A stretch of DNA of 14,026 nucleotides from Octopus sinensis (taxonomy: Eukaryota). Location of the stretch: positions 1-14,026 of the forward strand of contig NW_021825918.1 in assembly GCF_006345805.1 (NCBI RefSeq). Reading direction: 5' to 3'. A program made the translations under genes and the position numbers. Under the pieces are notes generated by a model, which searched no databases, was not told the DNA's origin, and saw nothing but the letters and a program-made list of their open reading frames with translations. Positions 1-9,846 of this stretch are shown here, piece by piece; position 1 is the stretch's first letter, and every line of letters starts with the position of its first letter.

Positions 1-197
1 TGGTTTGTGTGTCTGTGTTTGTCCCCCTAGCATGGCTTGACAACCGATGCTGGTGTGTTTATGTCTCCGTCACCTAAAGGTTCGGCAAAAGAGACCGATA
101 GAATAAGTACTGGGGTCGAGTTGCTCGATTAAAGGCGGTGCTCCAGCATGGCCACAGTCAAATGACTGAAACAAGTAAAAGAGTAAAAGAGAAAGAG
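1..197 (+). mobile_element. 3' half of tRNA-derived SINE, family A (same family as 11803-12206)
   Basis: Aligns by eye to ~11990-12206 (gcttgacaac..gatgctggtgtg, ggttcggcaaaa..gagaccgatagaataagtact, tail ggccacagtcaaatgactgaaacaagtaaaagag). Lacks a 22-bp segment between the direct repeats aataagtact/aataagtcct. Confidence 0.9.
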
Positions 198-1093
198 AGT
201 ATCAGTTTAAACTCGGGGTAATAGATACATTTTACGAAATACAATCAGCCCTTTAAATTTTAGATACTTTTCATTACAACAGAAATTACACTGAGTAATA
301 CGATTTTGGACCTTCGGTAACAACTGCTATTTCCCATTTGCTTGCCCCTAGAAAGTATGAAAAATGTCTAACATTTCCTTCAAACTTTGCTTTTGTTCTT
401 TTATCCAAACCCCAAACAATCCCTCTCAACACATGGCTATGACGCTTCCCTATTACTCCTGCTCATGATCAGGGATACACATATTGTCAGCTACTAAGGG
501 ACATGATCAACTAGTTCAGGTCAAGCAATTGACAAGCAAATATCCGGTATTGAGCAGAATATTTGCTATAGCGATATTTCAGCTTCAGCGACTCATTGAT
601 GAATCTATCGAAAATGTAATTGAAAACAGGTCAGTTTCAAAGCATTGATGTCCAGGTGAGAAAAGCAAAGTCTGAATGGAATAGTAGTCATTTCCTGTGA
701 CTTTTAGATTGAAGCAAACTAGTAAATAACATTTACCGGCCAAAGAAAAAAAAATAATTTTATTACACCGTGTTATTTTCTGTGGCTACCAAATCAATGC
801 CACAACAGTTCTTCCTTTAGAGTTCCCTCAAATACCAAATTTCTCATCGTTATTACTTTCTCTTGGCATTTAATTCTAAATCTCCTTCTATTTTATTTCT
901 TCTATTTTCTCTTGATATCCAATTTCCCCTTGAATTTCTATTGGAACACCAAAGTTATTTTACTAAACAGTGCTTCATACCCTAACCATTTCCATAAATT
1001 TTTTTTAAAATCTCTTTATCTTCTATATTTAGAAAACACATGTGCACAAATATCTCGTCCCTTTCTTTGCTCTGAATTTTGCCATGTGGACTA

Positions 1094-1511
1094 AATAGAG
1101 AATACCAAACGAGTCCCTATGGATACCGTATTTATTACAACGAGTGGCTTGTAAACGTATCTAACTAGCTTTCGCTCGTTAGATACGTTTACAAGCCACG
1201 AGTTGTAATAAATACGGTATCCATAGGGAATGAGTTTGGTATTTTATTTATTACACACGAATAAATGACCATATTTTATTAACCCAATAACTAAATTCTT
1301 CACGTTTAGTTGTAACTTATGAATGACAAAAGTAGTACCGTCACCGTGATCTCGGGTCATCACCATGGATTGACCAATCAGAAGCAGCGCTGTCACCGTG
1401 ACCTCGGGTCATCACCATGGATTGACCAATCAGAAGCAGCGCTCGCAGTATCTGACATATGTTAGATACCAAAAATATCTCAAAGTGTTCTCACCCACAT
1501 GTGTGTAATAA
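1094..1511. mobile_element. Palindromic non-autonomous DNA element, possibly Crypton-type (tyrosine-recombinase family)
   Basis: Inverted repeat of ~65 bp per arm at 1101-1165/1178-1243; inverted pair ttattacacac (1248-1258)/gtgtgtaataa (1501-1511); internal near-palindrome 1448-1469. The family label comes from remembered resemblance to palindromic Crypton derivatives and is not verified. Confidence 0.4.
1340..1443 (+). repeat. Direct tandem duplication, 2 x 52 bp
   Basis: gtcaccgtga(t/c)ctcgggtcatcaccatggattgaccaatcagaagcagcgct at 1340-1391 and 1392-1443, one mismatch. Confidence 0.95.
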
Positions 1512-2199
1512 TACCTAATTCGTTTAAAAATCACGGACAGAACAAAAGATATGGCTATCGGTAACAAAGTGCATTAATATAATAAGTTACATAATGCATG
1601 GTAATCTTATATCTGTATGTGTGTGTACATATATACAAGCATATAGCATGAATATCTAAAAATATATATGCCAATATTTATTCTCATCGACATATATACA
1701 TTTATATGTATGAGCGTATACATATATATGTATGAGTGTGTATTGAGAGAGAGATGAATATATGCAAATATATATGCATGTATGTATATAGATATATATA
1801 TGTATATGCATTATGCATATATGTATATGTGTGTGTGCGTGTGTGCATGTGATTTGATAAATCACCTCGATTTCATTAGTTGGCAAAAAATCTTTGGAAA
1901 CGTGCGACATTCACCTGTTCAATTACAAAATATGCAGTACACGTGATATACACCTTTTTCACATGCAAAAACATGTGGAATTTCCATGCCATCAGTATCA
2001 TAGATGTAAGAAACACTAAAACAAGGAAGATGACAAGCATTATAATTTTAATGAGTAGCAGAAAGTCCTTTTTCATTTGTCCATATTTTATAGTATCGCA
2101 AATTTATTTCAAAATGTGGAGATTAACTATTTTAGCCAATTTGTAGTTGGAATTTCTTCAGTAAAACGTAATGGAACTGTCTTCTGGAATTCATCAATT

Positions 2200-2815
2200 C
2201 TATTCCTTTCTTTAAGATTTTAATATGATGTTTTATTTCCCAGATAGTCCGAGATCACAACTTTTGGGGCTGTTAATCTAGAAGGATGCATGTTTCACTA
2301 TTAACCACTCAATCTCATAATTGTTAATTGTAATTAAGTAATTACAGTTAATCGCGACATTCAAATATAAGCCCAGACATGAAGAAATTTTATCAGCATT
2401 TAGTTCCAATGATTTTTTAATGACCAAATTAGATATTAATTATTCATGTAATTAATATTACTGGAGACCAGCCATAAAGTAATTTCCTTGTCAAAAATAT
2501 TATTCATAGATGACAAATATAATAACATCATATTATGACCAAAAAATTACCAACGTACATCTTTATACGCCTTACTATTTACACACGTGTATATACTATA
2601 GAATACATTCATTACATGTATGAATGTTTATGGTAAATAACCTTTTGATCATAATTAATATGTTGAGATAAACATTTGTTGTTTATGATTCGTAGTTTTG
2701 AGGAAGAAATCGCGCAAATGTTTCGACTTCATTAAAAGTATTTACATCAATAATTAATTTTGACAACGTGATTAGTCATAAAATTTGTTCGCGTCTATGT
2801 TTAGAATTGTATGTA
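2200..2815 (-). pseudogene. Heavily decayed Penelope-like element, GIY-YIG endonuclease region
   Basis: Manual minus-strand translation across stops and frameshifts gives VKINY*C (~2766-2746), KMYVG (~2560), AYI* and NYEIEWLIVKHASF*INSPKSCDLGLSGK*NIILKS (2322-~2214). These follow the order of the Penelope C-terminal motifs VKxSYSC, YIG, YIW, Y.I.W.I..A..Y...K.C.LCL.EK..I. Confidence 0.55.
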
Positions 2816-2865
2816 ATAATTTACATATATTTATATGTATACATACAAATAATTCATTATTTTAT

Positions 2866-2872
2866 ATATATA

Positions 2873-2920
<48 letters not shown>

Positions 2921-3024
2921 ACAGACAGACAGACAGACAGGCAGACAGAGACAGACAGAGAGAGACAGACAGACAGAGAGAGACAGACAGACAGATAGAC
3001 AGACAGACAGGTAGACAGACAGAC

Positions 3025-3081
<57 letters not shown>

Positions 3082-3381
3082 TACATGCATGAATACATAC
3101 ATACATATATACATACATACATGCATGCAGGCATACATACATACATACATACATGCATACATACATGCATACATACATACATACATACATACATACACAC
3201 ACACACATACACACACACATACATACATATATACATGCATGCATGCATACATACATACATACATACATACATACATACATACATACATACTCATACATGC
3301 ATACATACATGCATGCATACATACATACATACATACATACATACATACATACATACATACATACATACATACATACATACA
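2866..3381. repeat. Compound microsatellite (TA)n-(GA)n-(GACA)n-(GATA)n-(CATA)n
   Basis: Read directly from the sequence; accounts for the ORF-track calls between 2785 and 3506. Confidence 0.98.
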
Positions 3382-3439
3382 TAACTAAAAGCAGAACGAT
3401 CATCTCTGATGGTATTAATATTTCTAAACGAAACTCGAA

Positions 3440-4199
3440 GGAACCTTTCTGTAATTCTGTTTAGTTTAGAATTCAGTCCAATATCATTCCTGCTATAAAA
3501 AATCAACTGGTTTCATGCTAGGGTTGCCAACTGCTAGAGATACTAATGTAACATAATTTGTTTGCGAATGATCTCAAGATTTATACGAAAAATGTTAAAA
3601 ATACCAAAATAAAACAACTAGAGTTAACAACATTTTCAGCTGACATAGGAATGGAATTTGGCCTAAAGAAACGTTTGTATTTTATTGTTGAACGTTGAAC
3701 CTTTCCCCTTAATCCAAAGCCTGTACATCAATTGTCTCTCTATCGCTTCTGTCCCACACAAAGAAAACTGCAAATATCTGAACATAGATGAAAACTTATC
3801 ATAGGAAGGTGCTGTGAAAAGAGACAGAGTGACTCGAGAATATTTTACGAGACTTAAAACAAATTATAGGTAGAACTCTTCTCTTATGATAAGAAAATAT
3901 TCCACAGTTCATATGCAATGACAGTACTGATTCCCACATTTGGGAAACTTGAGTGATCTGTAGAGGAAATCTGCTGCAAAGACATTAAGACCCACAAGAT
4001 TCAGACACCAACTGGACGTTTTCACAAAAACAGTGATATCGACTGGCTCTAGTTAAGAAATGATGAAGGATATAGAGGGACCAGTGCAGTCTTTCTAAGA
4101 CAACACTTGCTGAACAAGAGCAGCAAAAATAGATACAGAAACTTAGAACTGAAAATCGAAGAGAGCAACATCCTACAGACGATTTCCACTACAATATCT
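3440..4199 (+). pseudogene. R4/Dong-clade non-LTR retrotransposon, reverse transcriptase and thumb remnant
   Basis: From 3552: HNLFANDLKIYTKNVKNTKIKQLELTTFSADIGMEFGLKK (decayed FxDD motif). Then CKYLNIDENLS*EGAVKRDRVTREYFTRLK, and ELFSYDKKIFHSSYAMTVLIPTFGKLE*SVEEI..DIKTHKIQTPTGRFHKNSDIDWL*LRNDEGYRG. Several stops and frameshifts. Confidence 0.88.
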
Positions 4200-4984
4200 T
4201 ATTTCTTTACTACCCACAAGGGGCTAAACACAGAGGGGACAAACAAGGACAGACAGACGGATCAAGTCGATTATATCGACCCCAGTGCGTAACTGGTGCT
4301 TAATTTATCGACCCCGAAAGGATGAAAGGCAAAGTCGATCTCGGCGGAATTTGAACTCAGAACGTAGCGGCAGACGAAATACCTATTTCTTTACTACCCA
4401 CAAGGAGTTAAACACAGAGGGGACAAGCAAGGACAGACAAACGGATTAGGTCGATTATATCGACCCCAGTGCGTAACTGGTACTTAATTTATCGACCCCG
4501 AAAGGATGAAAGGCAAAGTCGATCTCGGCGGAATTTGAACTCAGAACGTAGCGGCAGACGAAATACCTATTTCTTTACTACCCACAAGGGGTTAAACACA
4601 GAGGGGACAAGCAAGGACAGACAAACGGATTAAGTCGATTATATCGACCCCAGTGCGTAACTGGTACTTAATTTATCGACCCCGAAAGGATGAAAGGCAA
4701 AGTCGATCTCGGCGGAATTTGAACTCAGAACGTAGCGGCAGACGAAATACCTATTTCTTTACTACCCACAAGGGGTTAAACACAGAGGGGACAAGCAAGG
4801 ACAGACAAACGGATTAAGTCGATTATATCGACCCCAGTACATAACTGGTACTTATTTAATCGAACCCGAAAGGATGAAAGGCAAAGTCGACCTCGGCGGA
4901 ATTTGAACTCAGAACGTAGCGGCAAACGAAACACTGCTAAGCATTTCACCCGGCGTGCTAACGTTTCTGCCAACTCGCCGCCTT
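4200..4984 (-). mobile_element. tRNA-derived SINE (family B) as a head-to-tail array: one full-length copy (4752-4984) plus three 5'-truncated 184-bp units
   Basis: Units start at 4200, 4384, 4568, 4752 (period 184). Only the last carries the head ggcggcgagttggcagaaacg (A box); all carry the B box gagttcaaattcc. The body gcctttcatcctttcggggtcgataaattaagtaccag resembles the Deu/Nin SINE domain (from memory). Confidence 0.93.
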
Positions 4985-4989
4985 AACGC

Positions 4990-5600
4990 TCAATATACCA
5001 AAGCAAATAAAAATGCAAGGGTATGTTTCCCGAAGACGATAGTAGTATCAAAATGAAATACAGCCTCTCTTGGATACGTGAACGCTGCCTTACATTACAC
5101 TTCGAAGGTTGTGCATTTGCAAGAACAGAGGAATGCTACAAAATACCTAAAAAAAACAAAAAACAAAAGGCACAGGGAAGCTCTTGGACAACCAGGATGC
5201 AATCGAAAATGAAGATCATATTACATTTCTGTGGAAAATATCATATGTGATCAGCAGCAGCGCAAAACTGGCATCGTGGTACTATGATGTTGCTTAATAA
5301 CAATATACAATGCTATCCGGAAAAAGACTGTCTTGTAATAAACAGGAAGACAACCTTTATTATTGAATACATACATGAACATCAACACCAGGGAGGTCTA
5401 TAGGTAGAACGTTCTCACAACAGATTCTCCCAAGTATTTAACATAACAGGCCGGATATAATTGTTTTGAACAGACAAGAAAAAGTGTGCTCTGTCATAGA
5501 GGTCAGCTGCCTTGGTGATGTGAATAGCTTTTCGAAAAACTAAGAGAGAGAAAATGACTGCGGAAAGCCGATTCGAAACTTCCACCTTCTGTCTTCAAAT
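4990..5600 (+). pseudogene. Continuation of the R4/Dong LINE: linker, CCHC region and restriction-like endonuclease
   Basis: KYSLSWIRERCLTLHFEGCAFA, QEQRNATKYL (other frame), and HNRPDIIVLNRQEKVCSVIEVSCLGDVN from 5442 (PD..E RLE motif). Degenerate. Confidence 0.88.
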
Positions 5601-5623
5601 GATATACACACATTTATACTAAT

Positions 5624-6012
5624 GGGGGGGGAAGCACTCCGTCGGTTGCGACGACGAGGGTTCCGGTTGTTCCGAATCAACGGAACAGCCTGCTCGTGAA
5701 ATTAACGTGTAAGTGGCTGAGCACTCCACAGACACGTGCACCCTTAACGCAGTTCTCGGGGATATTCAGCGTGACACAGAGAGTGACAAGGCCGGCCCCT
5801 TGAAATACAGGTACAACAGATACAGGAAGTAATAGTGAGAGAAAGTTGTGGTGAAAGGGTACAGCAGGGATCACCACCATCCCCTGCCGGAGCCTCGGGA
5901 GCTTTAGGCGTTTTCGCTCAATAAACACTCACAACGCCCGGTCTGGGAATCGAAACCGCGATCCTACGACCGCGAGTCCGCTGCCCTAACCACTGGGCCA
6001 TTGCGCCTCCAC
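5624..6012 (-). mobile_element. Full-length tRNA-derived SINE (head/body H, tail C) with target-site duplication
   Basis: Head gtggaggcgcaatggcccagtggttagg (A box), ggtttcgattcc (B box). TSD atttatactaat at 5612-5623 and 6013-6024, extendable to 15 bp with cac. May correspond to the described octopus OR-type SINEs; not verified. Confidence 0.95.
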
Positions 6013-6213
6013 ATTTATACTAATAATGATTGGTGCACTTACCTCTACGATGTACATACATTAAGTATATAAATGCCTATTCTAATTTAATACTGCTTCA
6101 GTTGCCTGGGTTGAATAATATATATATATATATATATATACATGGGTGTGTGTGTGTGTGTGTGTGTGCGCGCGCACGCGTGTGTCTAATTACATACAGA
6201 TATATATCCACAT

Positions 6214-6520
6214 GTGGAGGCGCAATGGCCCAGTGGTTAGGGCAGCGGAATCGCGGTTGCAGGATCGCGGTTTCGATTCCCAGACCGGGTGTTGTGAGTG
6301 TTTATTGAACGAAAACACCTAAAAGCTCCACGAGGCTCCAGCAGGGGGTGGTGATCCCTGTTCTACTCTTTCACCACTCTTTCTTCCACTCTTTCTTCTG
6401 TTGTCCTGCTCGCTTAGCCAGCGGGATGACGTCGTTCGAAGGCTAAAAGAATGCGATCGCATTGTGACCAGCGATGTGTAACAACATCTGATTGTCTGGT
6501 CGGTCACGTGATCACGTGAT
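6214..6520 (+). mobile_element. tRNA-derived SINE (head/body H, tail D) with TSD
   Basis: Same head and body as 5624-6012 but a different 3' part ending in (cacgtgat)2. TSD atatatccacat at 6202-6213 and 6519-6530. Confidence 0.95.
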
Positions 6521-6700
6521 ATATCCACATACACATGTTTAACGTGTTTATATATATACATATTTATAAACGGGACAAAAACGCAATAGAGGACAATAAA
6601 ACATTCGGACAAATGGACGATACAAAGGCGGACAGGAAAAACATCAATTAGAAGGACAGGGGGAAAAAAGGACAGGTCGTGTCCTTCTTTCTTCAGTCAA

Positions 6701-6766
6701 GTTTCCAGATGTCCTTACAGTTTCGGGCAGTTACATTTGCGCGAAACTGTAAGGACATCTGGGAAC
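6701..6766. repeat. Inverted repeat/hairpin with a 21-bp perfect stem
   Basis: ccagatgtccttacagtttcg (6705-6725) is the exact reverse complement of cgaaactgtaaggacatctgg (6742-6762); extendable on both sides with G-U pairs. Confidence 0.95.
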
Positions 6767-6857
6767 ATTTAAATGCGTTTTTGTTCCATTTTTTATATTT
6801 TTATATATATACATATATCGGCGTACGTACTCACTTGTTCTCACCTACACACACACA

Positions 6858-6913
<56 letters not shown>

Positions 6914-6919
6914 TTCAGA

Positions 6920-7036
6920 TTTACAGAAAACAAAAGACGAAGACAGGTGAAGGAACACTAAACAGGTATTACTTTAACGCTCGGTAACATTGAAAAAGTT
7001 TTTGACGTTTCGAGCCTACGCTCTTCAATAGAGAGG
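6920..7036 (-). mobile_element. Short interspersed repeat with minimal hammerhead-like motif (Penelope pLTR-like); copy of 12686-12853
   Basis: Reverse complement shares gaagagcgt(a/t)ggctcgaaacgt, gagcgt..a.taatac and cacctgtcttcgtcttttgtttt with the 12.7-kb copy. Confidence 0.7.
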
Positions 7037-7079
7037 CTTAAGCGGAAATATATATGCGTATACACGTGTTTATGTATAA

Positions 7080-7121
<42 letters not shown>

Positions 7122-7949
7122 TCATATATATGTATATACATATATGTGCATGTACATATGCATGCATGTACGTGAGTATGTATGTATACATGTACGAATG
7201 GATGCGTGTATGTATGATGCATATATGGATATATCATTAAAGGCCTATATGAGACTTTGAAGATAAGGTTTTATATAATTCTCATTCAATAAACTATACG
7301 AAAAATATGTCAGCATTCAAGAATAGTAACAGGCTTCAGAAGTTACAAGGAGCGAATATCGACAGTAGACGCATATAGCTCTTTATCAGAGCGCTTTAAG
7401 ATGAATATGCGTGTAAATTGAAGGCGAACGTGTAAATTTAGGATGCATATCTATCTTGGTTCGTAGGCAGTCTTTTTCAAGAAGCTGGTCACCTGAGGCA
7501 TGATTCATCAACAGGTGAACCGCGCTACTAAAAAGAATCCAAGGTACTTTTTCATTGGGTGGGAGGAAACCATTCAGAAAGTTCTGCAGTTTGCAGTTTT
7601 CTCATGACAAGTTTACATTTTCAATTACAGTTTCTAGGTGGATATGTGTTTTTTAACGTGTTTGTATGTATATGTGTGTACTTGTGTGTGTGTGTGTCCG
7701 CGCATGCAAGCATATATCATGTGTGTGGGTATGTGTGCATGTGGATATAAATATGTGAATATGTGTGCATAGCTGCATGGCTGCCTGTATATATGTGTGA
7801 GTGTGTGAGCGTTTGAGTGTTTGCGTGTTTGAGTGTGTGTGTGTGTGTGTGCGTAGTTATATATTACATATATGTACATATATTTATATATATATATATA
7901 TATACACATACATATATTTCATAGACACGCATGCACACACACACACATG

Positions 7950-7985
7950 TATTTGTATAGATAGATAGATACATTTATATTAATG

Positions 7986-8030
<45 letters not shown>

Positions 8031-8072
8031 TATATATATATACATTATATATATATGCATTATATATATATG

Positions 8073-8109
<37 letters not shown>

Positions 8110-8225
8110 GAATATATATATATATATATACATTATATATATATATATATACATTATATATATACATACATACATACATACATACATACATACATACATA
8201 CATACATACATACATACATACGCAT
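7950..8225. repeat. (GATA)n/(TA)n with periodic CAT interruptions/(CATA)n microsatellite block
   Basis: Read directly; explains ORF calls 7975-8286. Confidence 0.97.
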
Positions 8226-8663
8226 ATACACACAGGCGTGCGCATATGTTCGTGTGTCTCTTCTGTCAGTGACGATGGTAAACTAATTCATCGCACAGTT
8301 GTAGAAAACGATTATGAAATATATTTAGACTATAGAAAGACTATTGGTTTTTAAATACTATTATTTCCATAATGTAATATCATTTGCTGTGAATAATACG
8401 GGACCATCGTAGATGTTTTTATTTATATTCATTTATTTTTCTTTAAAAGTTGTTAAACGGGAAAGAATGACTAAGACAGCTTCTTGGTATTCTTTGGGTC
8501 GATGGAGAACTACAGCAGGAATTTGGGAAATAAATTCAACTTCTCTTCATGGACGGATCTTTCAGAACTCTGAGGCAGAACATTGAGCTCTAAAAATTGG
8601 TTATGTGACGTGAGCTATATATCGCACCATACAAGTGTTATGTATGTATATATGCATGTGCCT

Positions 8664-9007
8664 CGGCCGCAATGGCCCAGTGGTTAGGGCAGCGGACTCG
8701 CGGTTAGAGTATCGCGGGTTCGATTCCCAGACCGAGCGTTGTGAGTGTTTATTGAGCGAAAACACCTAAAGCTCCACGAGGCTCCGGCAGTGGGTCGTGG
8801 TGATCCCTGCTGTACTCTTTCACCACAACTTACTCTTACTTCCTGTTTCTGTTGTACCTGTATATCAAAAGGCCAGCCTTGTCACTCTCTGTGTCACGCT
8901 GAATATCCCCGAGAACGTGTCTGTGGAGTGCTCAGCCACTTACACGTTAATTTCACGAGCAGGCTGTTCCGTTGATCGGATCAACCGGAACCCTCGTCGT
9001 CGTAACC
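8664..9007 (+). mobile_element. tRNA-derived SINE (head/body H, tail C), 3'-clipped
   Basis: A box tggcccagtgg, B box gggttcgattcc. Colinear with the reverse complement of 5624-6012 apart from a ~16-bp deletion in the tail; ends at cgtcgtaacc. Confidence 0.93.
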
Positions 9008-9208
9008 TAAAAGCTCCTCGAGACTCCGGCAGGCGGTGTGGCAACCCCTGTTGTACTCTTTCGCCACAACTTTCTCTCACTCTCTCTCTCTTCCTGTTTC
9101 TTGAGTAACGCTGCAATGGACTGGCGTCCCGTCCAGCTCGGGGGAAACACATACGCCACAGAAACCGGGAAACCGGGCCCATGAGCCTGGCTAGGCTTGA
9201 AAAGGCCG
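9005..9208 (+). mobile_element. Headless SINE body H joined to a third tail (V-domain-like)
   Basis: Restarts at acctaaaagctcc of body H, then gagtaacgctgcaatggactggcgtcccgtccag...cagaaaccgggaaaccgggccc, which resembles the V-SINE central domain (from memory). Confidence 0.75.
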
Positions 9209-9533
9209 AGAAATTTATCTATATATGTGTTTTGTATGCATGCATGCCTGCATGTATGTATATATATATGTGTGTACTATTTATGTGTGCATGCATGCAT
9301 GTATATATGTGTATATATGTATAAATATAGATGCAGCACGGAATTTTGTCAGTGAACAGGTCGCGGTCTCAAATCGATGAAAATATTTTGACAAATTAAA
9401 TTTAAATGTTGAAGTGAATCTAACGGTTTTGTGTGGTTTTTAAAATGGCGTATAAACACCTTGCACGCTGCAATTGTTTTCGTTCCAGCACACGATCTCA
9501 GATCAGGTCATTTGCTATGCAAGTACATCTCCG

Positions 9534-9592
<59 letters not shown>

Positions 9593-9605
9593 ATATTATA
9601 CATAT

Positions 9606-9806
9606 TCTTTTATTTGTTTCAGTCATTTGACTACGGCCATGCTGCAGCACCGCCTTTAGTCAAACAAATCGACCCAAGGAATTATTCTTTGTAAGCTTGA
9701 TACTTATTCTATCGGTCAATTTTGCCGAACTGCTAAGTTACGGGAATGGAAATACGCCAGCATCTGTTGTCAAGCAATGATGGGGGACAAACGCAGACAC
9801 ACAAAC
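9606..9806 (-). mobile_element. 3' half of family A SINE
   Basis: Reverse complement matches the tail and body of 11803-12206. Confidence 0.9.
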
Positions 9807-9846
9807 ATGATGTATCTGTAAATGTAATATGTGACAATTATTCGGT

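Noticed and set aside
405-575. Segment that looks like a familiar octopus interspersed repeat
   Set aside because: No second copy, TIR or TSD in the window; memory alone is not enough.
1876-2146. Hydrophobic 66-aa ORF and overlapping antisense 88-aa ORF
   Set aside because: No recognisable motif; AT-rich DNA next to a decayed Penelope-like end. The ctgatggcatggaaat word there lacks supporting hammerhead stems.
2785-3506. Long ORFs (up to 190 aa) rich in MYVC/HTYI
   Set aside because: Translations of stop-free microsatellites. The same applies to ORFs at 6773-7260, 7975-8286, 11396-11668 and 13389-13999.
4200-4984. CRISPR-like regular array
   Set aside because: Whole units repeat with no unique spacers; eukaryotic SINE sequence and no cas genes.
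5677-5928. Similar ORFs at 5677-5928 and 8745-8975 suggesting a small gene family
   Set aside because: Both lie within copies of the same SINE.
5940-6012. tRNA genes at SINE heads (also 6214, 8664, 10697, 11803, 13537)
   Set aside because: They have A and B boxes but no clean cloverleaf or acceptor stem, and they continue into SINE bodies.
7260-7640. Faint Penelope-RT-like peptide (YKERISTVDAY..SALR)
   Set aside because: Too short and frameshifted to distinguish from chance.
9335-9536. Possible Tc1/mariner-type terminus ending in ccgTA
   Set aside because: Only a 5-bp acgga match to a potential partner end; no transposase trace.
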